IMG/VR virus record: IMGVR_UViG_3300035105_000248
Coordinates: 1-43,624 of that record
Strand: one strand, 5' to 3'
DNA: 43,624 bases
Origin: a virus
Taxonomy: Duplodnaviria > Caudoviricetes
Positions 28,431 to 36,270 of this stretch are shown in pieces. Numbering within the stretch: the first letter of the stretch is position 1; every line of letters begins with the position of its first letter. The translations under genes and the position numbers were made by a program. The notes under the pieces are model-generated. The model was given only the letters and a program-made list of their open reading frames with translations. It made no database searches and was not told where the DNA came from.

Positions 28431-31330
28431 ATAATGATTCTCCTATTAGTTTTATCTTCAAAAAAAGCTCCCATAAACCTACTAAAACTTCTTTTTGTAA
28501 AATCGTCAATCCCTAAAAGACGTAAACCATAAATACCCCATCCTAAAGCAAACATACTATCATCCTGTACTCCCATATTATCGTGTTTTTCAGGACTTCC
28601 ATAAAATCTTTTTCTACTGTCATGAACAAATTTAAGAGCTTCTTCTTCAAAAAGATACTCACTTTTTGTTCCTTGTATTGGTATTTTTGGAGCTTTGTAT
28701 CTTCCTTCATATATTAAAGTGTATAATTCAGAAAAAGCTGTTTTTTGTAGATCATAAGAAGGGTTTACAGCATTGAAAACAACACCATTATCATCGCACC
28801 AATCAACTAAATCCCAAAGCCCCCAACGCTCTCCACAAACACTCTCAATACTTCCTAATTCAAGGACAATTTCATCAAGCACAGCTTTTATTGAATTTAA
28901 ATCATTACCTCTAATATGCCAAGCTCCAGCACAAAAATAAATATATTCCTGCTCTGCTTTGTTATCTATAGCAAGGTTTGTTCTGCTGCCTACAAGACCT
29001 TTTAAAATAGCAAGGACAATCGTTCTCGCTCCTCTTGTTAAATCATCTTTAAGAGGGTCAGCTCTATCTATACCAATACCAAGAGCAAAATCAGTATCAT
29101 AATAATCAGACAAACGTGATAGCTCATTAGCTTCAATCATTTTAGGAAGTCCTCGTTCATCTTCAAACGAATAAATTTTAGTAATAGGCATACAGCTTTT
29201 TTTTCTTGCTTCAATATCAGAAAATTCAGGCACTGTTCGCAGGGAAGGTTTGTTTATTATCTTTTGTTCGTCTCTAAAAAGTTTCAAAAGAGTTTTCTGC
29301 ATCCCAATTTTACCATCAAAACCAATAAACTCACAACATCTAATCATAGCTTCAGAAAAAATATTGTTACTCCCACTTTCCCAAGTATTCTTAAAATACC
29401 TGTCATAATCAGCAGGGAGAAACTTAGTTTTGTAAGAATCTAATTGAGCTTGTGTCATATATGGATGCCAAAAATCTCTAGCATCAGCATTTGAAGAAGC
29501 TCTGTAAGAAAAGAACAATGTAGGGTCTAATACTTGTTTATAAGCTTGATACAATTTATACAGTATATGAGTCTTTTCTGAAACAGTTGAGTCAATAACC
29601 CCTAAAGCATTAGGCACGTTTCTCGTAGAACCATCAAGCTGTGTGAAGAATTTTGGATTTTTCATGTCAAATATTTCAGAAAAAGTATATCCAGTAATGT
29701 TAGAAACAATACCACTAAAACTACTGATACTTTTAATTGCAGAAACAACAGTGCCTTTTGAATTTATTAAACGTATTTCTTTTTGCTGTATATTTTCTTC
29801 TCTTATGACTGACAGAAGTTTTGGAGAGTTACGTATGATTTCACAGATAATATCGAAGTGGACGAACTTACTTTGGTCTTTTGAGTTTGCTCCTAACACT
29901 ATTTGTTGATCTGGAAAACAGAAAAATTTCCATAATTGAATCAAACAAGCTAAAAAGGAATTATGAGTTACAGTAAAGTCCTCTAAAACATAACGATGAT
30001 TGCCATCAAGCTCAAATCCATAGTATTCCTGCACGCCTGCACTCTTAATCTCTTTAATCCCAGTAGTAAGAACATCTTTCTTATGATTTCTAACACTAGC
30101 TTTCTTTCTTTCAACCTTGCAAGGAATTATAGAACAATCGCCAGAAATACCAATAGTGTAGTACTCACCAGAAAACCCAGTCTCCTTAATTCCTTTAGTA
30201 CACTTAGAAACATTCACAAAAAAACCTAATGACCTTGCAAGAAACGCAATATCGTCAGTCAAAGTTTTACTCTTTTGTGTAATTTGAAACGAGTTTCTAT
30301 TTAAGTATCCGTCACTGTCAATAATCCCTGCAAGAAGTTCAAGACGCTTCTCTCTTGAGTTGCACTTATACTCATGGGGTATATACTTATTATTAATAAG
30401 ATCATAATCCTTCATTCTCCATAATAATTCGTTATTATGATGCTCTCCTCGTGTTGAACCTACAATACAATAAGTCTTAGCTTTATTTTCTCCCTTATCC
30501 TTAACACGTTCTGTAACACTCAGACCTATTAGGTCTGCATACTCTTTGAGATAGGAAACTATTTCAGGGTCAGGAGTAGTTATGTGTGTAGCATGCTTTG
30601 AACCGTCACCAAGCCATAATCCTAAAAAGTAAGGACTGATAGAAACTTCCTTATCTTCAAACTCAACAGGCACATGATAAAGATAATGACTCCTTTTAAA
30701 AGACTTATTCTTTAATAAATAGTCCTTGATAGATATGTCAGTAACATTGCCTGAACTGTTTTTCAAAGACAGTACATGATCTTTTGTGAAAGTCTTAGGA
30801 GTGCCTCTATAAGGAACTACTTCAAACATTTCTTCTTTGCCTGAAGCAAGACTTAAAACTTTTCGAGGTGTTGAATCATCTCCCATAAGAAAATCACCCA
30901 CCTTAACGTCTTCAACCTTCCTTAAACTCCCGTCCCACATAATAACTTTTGAGCCTTTAACCTGACATTTCCCCTCACCCCTCATCCAACACAAAACAAT
31001 AACTCTGTGTAAAAATATACCATTGTCATCCATTTCTAAAGCCTTAACAAGAACTTCCTTTTCTTTCAACCACATTTCATAATAGGAACGTTTGGTTTCT
31101 GGATGAGGAGTGTCAGGAAGGTTGCGAACTTCAACCCATTTAGGAAAAGGGTCACCAATAGGAAAAATCTTAAAACAAACAAAATCTTCAACAAATTTAC
31201 AAAACCCTTCTCCTCCATCCTGATAAGAAATATCTTCTCTTTTTTTCTTAGGTCTCCCTCTTTTTAAAACCTTGTCAGCTCCTCTAAGAGTTCTTAACCT
31301 TGTAGTCCTTACTTGCTTTCTTTCAGACAT
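28427..31330 (-). CDS. terL: Terminase large subunit, interrupted by an intein
   Basis: Walker A MRGEGK|S split by the intein; ANSKDQS; nuclease motifs GIGIDRAD and QDDSMFA. Upstream of the portal. Confidence 0.92.
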   Translation of the reverse strand: MSERKQVRTTRLRTLRGADKVLKRGRPKKKREDISYQDGGEGFCKFVEDFVCFKIFPIGDPFPKWVEVRNLPDTPHPETKRSYYEMWLKEKEVLVKALEMDDNGIFLHRVIVLCWMRGEGKCQVKGSKVIMWDGSLRKVEDVKVGDFLMGDDSTPRKVLSLASGKEEMFEVVPYRGTPKTFTKDHVLSLKNSSGNVTDISIKDYLLKNKSFKRSHYLYHVPVEFEDKEVSISPYFLGLWLGDGSKHATHITTPDPEIVSYLKEYADLIGLSVTERVKDKGENKAKTYCIVGSTRGEHHNNELLWRMKDYDLINNKYIPHEYKCNSREKRLELLAGIIDSDGYLNRNSFQITQKSKTLTDDIAFLARSLGFFVNVSKCTKGIKETGFSGEYYTIGISGDCSIIPCKVERKKASVRNHKKDVLTTGIKEIKSAGVQEYYGFELDGNHRYVLEDFTVTHNSFLACLIQLWKFFCFPDQQIVLGANSKDQSKFVHFDIICEIIRNSPKLLSVIREENIQQKEIRLINSKGTVVSAIKSISSFSGIVSNITGYTFSEIFDMKNPKFFTQLDGSTRNVPNALGVIDSTVSEKTHILYKLYQAYKQVLDPTLFFSYRASSNADARDFWHPYMTQAQLDSYKTKFLPADYDRYFKNTWESGSNNIFSEAMIRCCEFIGFDGKIGMQKTLLKLFRDEQKIINKPSLRTVPEFSDIEARKKSCMPITKIYSFEDERGLPKMIEANELSRLSDYYDTDFALGIGIDRADPLKDDLTRGARTIVLAILKGLVGSRTNLAIDNKAEQEYIYFCAGAWHIRGNDLNSIKAVLDEIVLELGSIESVCGERWGLWDLVDWCDDNGVVFNAVNPSYDLQKTAFSELYTLIYEGRYKAPKIPIQGTKSEYLFEEEALKFVHDSRKRFYGSPEKHDNMGVQDDSMFALGWGIYGLRLLGIDDFTKRSFSRFMGAFFEDKTNRRIII
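29960..30967 (-). mobile_element. Intein (336 aa) with LAGLIDADG homing endonuclease
   Basis: Starts CQVKGSKV (Cys122) and ends YGFELDGNHRYVLEDFTVTHN followed by Ser. Endonuclease blocks YFLGLWLGDGS and ELLAGIIDSDG. Confidence 0.95.
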
Positions 31331-31826
31331 TCTTAACTTCTCCTTTTAAGAGCTTTGTATGAAAATCAGGGTCTGTTAGCTTTTCTCCTTGATTTTTTAT
31401 CCCTTTTTTATTTACAAAGATTGAATCTATTAAATTATTGATTGAAACTATTACTTGTCGAATTTCTTTGTAGACTGGATTCATTGTTCCTTTTTCTGTG
31501 ATTATTCCTGATAAAGGCAAAGTGGCTTCGTATAATTTAAAAGTTAATAATTGCTTAAATAGAGGAAAAAGTTCAGTTGCAACCTTTAATTTAGAAACCT
31601 CATCTAAATTCTGTAATCGTCTAATACCTAACCTCTGCTGTACATAGTTCATGTACATAACATGAACAGCACATTTCCCTTTCTTATCATTATTACAATG
31701 CTCAAATAAGGGACAATCTTCATCACAAGTTCGAGCAAAATCAAAAGCCTCAATACCATTACCTTTAATTAAGCTCATACTTCCAACTTTAACATTTATA
31801 TCTGCTATATCTTTAACTTTAGCCAT
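31323..31826 (-). CDS. Putative terminase small subunit with Cys cluster
   Basis: 167 aa overlapping the terL start. C-x3-C-x5-C-x7-C cluster; MNPVYKEIR resembles the terS NP motif. Confidence 0.6.
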   Translation of the reverse strand: MAKVKDIADINVKVGSMSLIKGNGIEAFDFARTCDEDCPLFEHCNNDKKGKCAVHVMYMNYVQQRLGIRRLQNLDEVSKLKVATELFPLFKQLLTFKLYEATLPLSGIITEKGTMNPVYKEIRQVIVSINNLIDSIFVNKKGIKNQGEKLTDPDFHTKLLKGEVKNV

Positions 31827-31891
31827 AAATATTCTCCATCCTTTATATATTAATCAAAAATACTGCATTTAATTAAAAACTACAATAATTT

Positions 31892-32164
31892 TTAATTAAC
31901 ACCATTTTCAATTCTCCATAAATTCAAATACACAGAAGCGTTTTGTGTACTTGTAAAAAACCCATCAATCATATCCTTACTTAAACGTAAATGAGTGTCC
32001 TGTCTCTTAACTCTAGCATAACTACCCCAACCTATATTCTTAAAAAACTCCTGAACTTCTTCCATCTTAAAACTAACTCTATCATCTAAAGCAGCATACT
32101 CAGTTAAATCAAGTAAGGTTGTAAAACTTTCTTTGATTAAGTTTCTATTCTTTTTCAAAATCAT
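31892..32164 (-). CDS. Hypothetical protein
   Basis: 90 aa, GAGG RBS. First gene of the left arm. Confidence 0.6.
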   Translation of the reverse strand: MILKKNRNLIKESFTTLLDLTEYAALDDRVSFKMEEVQEFFKNIGWGSYARVKRQDTHLRLSKDMIDGFFTSTQNASVYLNLWRIENGVN

Positions 32165-32274
32165 AATAACCTCTTTTAATAAAAATTTCTCCCAATAATT
32201 TTCAATTCCATTATTACATAAACATTTACCAAAATTAAAGGAAAAAGTAGAGGGGGGGGTTTGTATAGCTGATA

Positions 32275-32453
32275 AAAAACGAAACTACAAAATTTTCATC
32301 CAGAATTGTGGTATGGAGGCAAAAACGAAACTACAAAATTTTCATCCAGAATTGTGGTATGGAGGCAAAAACGGAACTGTAAAATTTCTATCTAGAATTA
32401 TATAGTTGATAAAAAAAACGAAACTACAAAATTTCTATCCAAAATTACGGTGG
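32275..32453. repeat. 46-bp tandem repeats (2 exact + 2 degenerate)
   Basis: aaaaacgaaactacaaaattttcatccagaattgtggtatggaggc at 32275-32320 and 32321-32366. Variants start at ~32367 and ~32414. Confidence 0.9.
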
Positions 32454-32623
32454 GGTCTCCCCCCTAATTCACAGCATATCCCCTATGCAATTTTTTCTGC
32501 TTAGGGTATCTATTACAAGCTGAAATGCAATAATTTTATAATAATTTTGCAATCTGTATTGCAATGTTTACAATGCTTTTGTAATTTGTTTGTAATTTTT
32601 TTACATTTTTTTTCGCTTTTTAT

Positions 32624-32652
32624 TTGACATAAAAAGTGAGTTATGCAATTAT
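32624..32652 (+). promoter_or_regulatory. Sigma70-type promoter for the first early operon
   Basis: TTGACA (32624-29), 17-bp spacer, TGn-AATTAT (4/6 match to -10). AT-rich upstream region. Confidence 0.55.
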
Positions 32653-32666
32653 GTAGTCAAGTTCGA

Positions 32667-32678
32667 CGCTCTTTAAAA
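32667..32678 (+). promoter_or_regulatory. boxA-like antitermination element
   Basis: CGCTCTTTAAAA just downstream of the predicted start site, close to the boxA consensus (T/C)GCTCTTTAACA. Confidence 0.5.
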
Positions 32679-32792
32679 TTCAAATAAGAGAAAAAACAAG
32701 ACAGCTTATTATATTAATTAATAAATAAGCGTACTCAAAAAAAGCTGTCTTGTGTCGAATCGAGTACGCTAAAACAAATAGGAGATATAATC

Positions 32793-33215
32793 ATGAGCGA
32801 AAACAAAAAAATCAACATTCTTGACATTCTTGCTTCAGCAGAAGCAACTCCTAAAGAGTTAAGAAAAGTTGCAAGTTCTAGCAACAAAACAACATTGTTT
32901 AAGTCAAGTTTGTATAAGAAAGGGAAGAGAACTGAGACTTCCCTTATAGATGAGGTTATCTGTGAGGCTGTCAAAGCCTCACACACAGCAGGTAAGAGCG
33001 AAGTCAGCTTTTACGCCCTGACAAGGCTTTTCGAAGCCTTGCATTATAGATTGAGGAAATATGATCGTATTGCAAGTCATGTTCAGGCGAAAGAAGAAAT
33101 CTTTTCTTCATTCTTTGAGCTTGAACCTGACAAGCTCAAATTCAAGGACAGCATACTTGTAGCCCTTGAACTTGAAAAGAACAAGCCTGAGACAAAACTC
33201 AGGAAAAAAGCTTAG
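32793..33215 (+). CDS. Hypothetical basic early protein
   Basis: 140 aa, AGGAG RBS, no Trp. Confidence 0.75.
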   Translation: MSENKKINILDILASAEATPKELRKVASSSNKTTLFKSSLYKKGKRTETSLIDEVICEAVKASHTAGKSEVSFYALTRLFEALHYRLRKYDRIASHVQAKEEIFSSFFELEPDKLKFKDSILVALELEKNKPETKLRKKA

Positions 33216-33220
33216 TTAAA

Positions 33221-33246
33221 AAAGGCAGACTGAAAAGTCTGCCTTT
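33221..33246 (+). other. Intergenic GAAA-tetraloop hairpin
   Basis: AAAGGCAGACT-GAAA-AGTCTGCCTTT. Only a short U-tract on the plus strand. Confidence 0.7.
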
Positions 33247-33266
33247 AACAAAAAAGAGGTAACAAA

Positions 33267-33452
33267 ATGAGATACATTAAGATTATTTTATTGATAATTG
33301 TAGCAGGCAATTTATTCAGCCTGCTACAAAAGGCTGAAACAGTTTCAGCCTTTTCACTATCTGTGAAAAGTGCTGAAACTATATTCTGCAATACAGGTTT
33401 AATAGGTATTGCAGTATTCATTTACATAGTATTAAAGATAAAGGTGAAATAA
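33267..33452 (+). CDS. Small membrane protein (two hydrophobic segments)
   Basis: 61 aa, GAGG RBS. IILLIIVAGNLFSLL and GLIGIAVFIYIVL. Confidence 0.65.
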   Translation: MRYIKIILLIIVAGNLFSLLQKAETVSAFSLSVKSAETIFCNTGLIGIAVFIYIVLKIKVK

Positions 33453-33856
33453 TGCCTTTACCTTCAGATAAAGTTGAAAGAGCGTTTGAAAGAATAGGAC
33501 GCTCTTTCAATTATAGACTGATTTATCAGGCGATGAGTATCTGTGCATTGTCTGATAAAGAAGCTTTTGCTATAAGCGAGATTCGTTCTTTTGCTTATAG
33601 CATAAGCAAAGAATACTATAGTTATTTCACACGTTCACAGATGTACGTTTGTGAGTGTGAAATAACTAAAAAGTCTTTGTACGCTAAAGACTTTTTAAGT
33701 TCAGATTTTAGCCTTGAAAAGCTAAGAGAGTTTTTTGAGGCTATAGAAAAAACAGGTTTAATCGTCCTTGATAGCAGGGACAATGACCTGTTTTATGTTA
33801 TCAATAAGGATTTTGCAGATATGCTGCATAATTTTGCGTGTCAGCAAAATCACTAA
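33452..33856 (+). CDS. Hypothetical protein, possible winged-helix DNA-binding domain
   Basis: 134 aa. KLREFFEAIEKTGLIVL...LFYVINKDF resembles a wHTH recognition helix plus wing. Confidence 0.55.
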   Translation: MPLPSDKVERAFERIGRSFNYRLIYQAMSICALSDKEAFAISEIRSFAYSISKEYYSYFTRSQMYVCECEITKKSLYAKDFLSSDFSLEKLREFFEAIEKTGLIVLDSRDNDLFYVINKDFADMLHNFACQQNH

Positions 33857-33859
33857 AAC

Positions 33860-33879
33860 AAGGGGCTGAAAAGCCCCTT
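33860..33879 (+). other. Intergenic GAAA-tetraloop hairpin
   Basis: AAGGGGCT-GAAA-AGCCCCTT. Confidence 0.7.
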
Positions 33880-33892
33880 AAAAAGGAACAAT

Positions 33893-34123
33893 ATGAGCCG
33901 TCCAAAAAAGCATAAATTCCCGAAAGGGATTAAAAGGAAACTAGAGAAATCCACAAATGGTTGTTGTTCCGTTTGTGGAAACAAACCGACTAACCAGAAT
34001 CCACTAGAAGTGCACCATATAGTTCCGGTTTCTCAGGGCGGTGAGACGGTTATCGGCAATGGACAGATTGTCTGTCGGAGTTGTCATGTGGAAATACATC
34101 AAAGGATGGAGGAGTTGGCATGA
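33893..34123 (+). CDS. HNH endonuclease
   Basis: 76 aa. CSVCG...LEVHHIVPVSQGG...N..VCRSCHVEIH. Confidence 0.9.
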   Translation: MSRPKKHKFPKGIKRKLEKSTNGCCSVCGNKPTNQNPLEVHHIVPVSQGGETVIGNGQIVCRSCHVEIHQRMEELA

Positions 34124-34419
34124 TACTGTATCACGGTTCGGATAAGAAATTTGGAAAGTTTAGGCAAAAAGGTAAGAATGGAGAGTTTTCACTGAACGGC
34201 AGGAAAGCCTGTTGGTTCGGTGAGGATAAAGAAAAGATACGGAGAAAATACGGGAAGCAAGGATATTTGTATACGGTAGAAGTTCCTGATGAGTGGGCTA
34301 TACCTTATCGGGAACAAATAGTAAAAGATGGAAGAAAGATGAAGAAACCTCACTTAACAAGTGGCATCTTCGTTGCTCCTGCATGGGCAGTGGAGATTAT
34401 TAGTGTAGAAAGAATATAG
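34120..34419 (+). CDS. Small ADP-ribosyltransferase-fold protein (H-G-S/T type)
   Basis: Likely start ATG 34120 (ATGA overlap with HNH, GGAGG RBS), 99 aa. LYHGSDKKF..F...G..CWF...KYG..GYLYTVEV resembles phage ART-fold families. Confidence 0.55.
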   Translation: MILYHGSDKKFGKFRQKGKNGEFSLNGRKACWFGEDKEKIRRKYGKQGYLYTVEVPDEWAIPYREQIVKDGRKMKKPHLTSGIFVAPAWAVEIISVERI

Positions 34420-34420
34420 T

Positions 34421-34447
34421 GGGATGGGACGGGATGGTCCCCATCCC
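34421..34447 (+). other. GC-rich hairpin at end of first operon (no U-tract)
   Basis: GGGATGGGAC-gggatg-GTCC-CCATCCC. Confidence 0.5.
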
Positions 34448-34683
34448 AACCGAAAACTGGATACCATACCATTTGTAAAAACCATACCAAATTCTGAACT
34501 TCCCCAACCGAAAACTGGATACCATACCGTCCTACCACTAACCATCTTTGTACATACCACTATCCGAATACCATCCTGCCACTAACCATCTTTGTAAATA
34601 CCACTATCCGAATACCAACGGAAACTGTACCAACATGGCCGAATAAATTTTCAAAAATACCGAATAAAAACCTTTTATTGCCG
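34439..34683. repeat. CCR-rich repeat block
   Basis: cccaaccgaaaactggataccatacc x2 (34445, 34503) and ccactaaccatctttgta(c/a)ataccactatccgaatacca x2. Confidence 0.9.
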
Positions 34684-34700
34684 TCTACGTTTGATATACT
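34660..34700 (+). promoter_or_regulatory. Repeated promoter copy 1
   Basis: CCGAATAAAAA...CCG...TGA-TATACT (extended -10 at 34695-34700). Confidence 0.75.
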
Positions 34701-34837
34701 GTATATATAGCTGAGGACAGTTGCGTCCTTAGTATTTGTAGCGCCTCGGATGCACGGTGCGTCTGTGGTGCAAAATTAAATAAGATTCTGTACGGAAATG
34801 AGTTCTGTATAGAATCAAAAACAAAAGGAGAGTTATT

Positions 34838-35584
34838 ATGGAAAGATTATTAATTGCTAATTATGACAACAACGGAAATGTTAATGTAGATGCGGTTGAA
34901 GAACTAAGAATTAGTGTAAAAGGGGCGGACAATTGGTTCGCTGTTTACACAGACAATTCAAGAGTTTACATTAGAACGGGGCAAGATTCCTGTTCGAAGG
35001 CATCAATGTGTCACACACCTCTACCTTCGGTAGGAAGCAAACTGCAGGTCGGTCAGTTTGATATGAAGTGCGTGGTTGCAGAACACGTAGACTACAATAT
35101 AGAGTCTGTGTTGACTCTACAAGACGGGATGTTGCACTTAGAAGAAAGTAAGGGATGGGACTTATGTCCCTGTGTAGCGTTTCCTGAAGTAGATAAGAAC
35201 GGAGAGGAAGTTGTTCTTCAAGAAACAAAAGGGAACGGATTCACTTTCGAGTTCGTCCCCTACTGCGATGGGTACATATATCCTTCAGATTTAGAAACGC
35301 TGTATCCTTATAGCAAGTCTCATGAAGGATGGGATTCCTCATGGGAATCCTTTGAGGTAATTGCGGTGTACGAAGATATGATTCAGATTTTGAATCATAT
35401 ATCGGAGTATAAAGAAGTAACCTATGCAGATGGTAGGGAGACTGAAATAAGTGGAAGCAAAACTCCTATCGTTTCCCTAGTCGAGTGGGAAAAGGGTTGT
35501 TTAGGTTTTATCTTTCGCTATGAGAAGTTCGGAGAGAAGACAGTTGAAGTGAAAATTCCTATTGAATACTTTGATATTGAATAG
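34838..35584 (+). CDS. Hypothetical acidic early protein
   Basis: 248 aa, AAGGAG RBS. Confidence 0.8.
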   Translation: MERLLIANYDNNGNVNVDAVEELRISVKGADNWFAVYTDNSRVYIRTGQDSCSKASMCHTPLPSVGSKLQVGQFDMKCVVAEHVDYNIESVLTLQDGMLHLEESKGWDLCPCVAFPEVDKNGEEVVLQETKGNGFTFEFVPYCDGYIYPSDLETLYPYSKSHEGWDSSWESFEVIAVYEDMIQILNHISEYKEVTYADGRETEISGSKTPIVSLVEWEKGCLGFIFRYEKFGEKTVEVKIPIEYFDIE

Positions 35585-35594
35585 GGAGTAGGAT

Positions 35595-35703
35595 GGAGGG
35601 AGCTTCGGCTCCCTCCTTTATATATAGAGAAGAAAATTCGGTATGTCTTCTCTATATATAAAGGATAAGATTCTGTACGGAAATGAGTTCTGTACGGAAT
35701 CAA
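35595..35703 (+). other. Three consecutive intergenic hairpins
   Basis: GGAGGGAGC-TTCG-GCTCCCTCC; perfect 19-bp arms at 35615-33 and 35646-64; then the GATTCTGTACGGAA leader hairpin. Confidence 0.8.
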
Positions 35704-35727
35704 TAACAATAACAAAAGGAGATTGAG

Positions 35728-36144
35728 ATGGATTTAAATTACAAAGTGAAATTGATGGAGGGATATAGTGTGTGGGCTTATGTGGACATGACAAACGCAA
35801 CGGAATCGGAAGTTAGACAGATTCAAAAGTTGCGGAAGCATATTAAAACTTTAAATTTAAGTAAGAATCTAAGGGGAAACTGGAGTTATTTAGACATGAT
35901 GTCGGCTCCTGATACAAGTGAAGAGTGGAACTTTGATGGTAAGTATAGGATGGGTTCTGTTCCTTGCGTATGTGCATGGAATGAAGTGTATGAAGCAGAG
36001 TTTTATCCTGGAGAATATATCACAAAGTGGTATATCACTCCTGCAGACATCATTAAGCTATTTCAATGGAGGATTTATTCTGAAATATCTAAAGAATGGA
36101 ATACAAAATTCCTGCAAGAAAATGAATTTGTGGTGCAGGATTAA
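35728..36144 (+). CDS. Hypothetical early protein
   Basis: 138 aa, AAGGAG RBS. Confidence 0.8.
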   Translation: MDLNYKVKLMEGYSVWAYVDMTNATESEVRQIQKLRKHIKTLNLSKNLRGNWSYLDMMSAPDTSEEWNFDGKYRMGSVPCVCAWNEVYEAEFYPGEYITKWYITPADIIKLFQWRIYSEISKEWNTKFLQENEFVVQD

Positions 36145-36152
36145 ATAAAAAG

Positions 36153-36177
36153 TGGAGAGGATTTCGGTTCTCTCCTT
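36153..36177 (+). terminator. UUCG hairpin, weak terminator or processing site
   Basis: GGAGAGGAT-TTCG-GTTCTCTCC-TT. Confidence 0.5.
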
Positions 36178-36270
36178 GATACTCGTTCCCCTTATGGGGG
36201 TTTTGGACTGAAAAACATCAATACAGAGCATATGGGCTTTTATTTGATATATAACAAAAATGGAGGATTT

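Noticed and set aside
2578-30229. Numerous plus-strand ORFs and short nested minus-strand ORFs within the structural operon
   Set aside because: Antisense or off-frame shadows of long, well-supported genes.
32275-32453. Possible CRISPR array or mini-array
   Set aside because: The repeats are head-to-tail with no unique spacers. The same holds for the repeats at 34445-34617 and 36874-36955. No cas genes are present.
33860-33879. Lambda boxB-like hairpin (also 33221-33246)
   Set aside because: The loops are plain GAAA tetraloops far from the boxA-like site, and no N-like arginine-rich protein was recognised. Kept only as generic hairpins.
32454-33897. CCR/YGG absence explained simply by low GC content
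   Set aside because: About 45 CC/GG runs are present and all are CCT/AGG, and equally AT-rich late genes contain many CCA/TGG.
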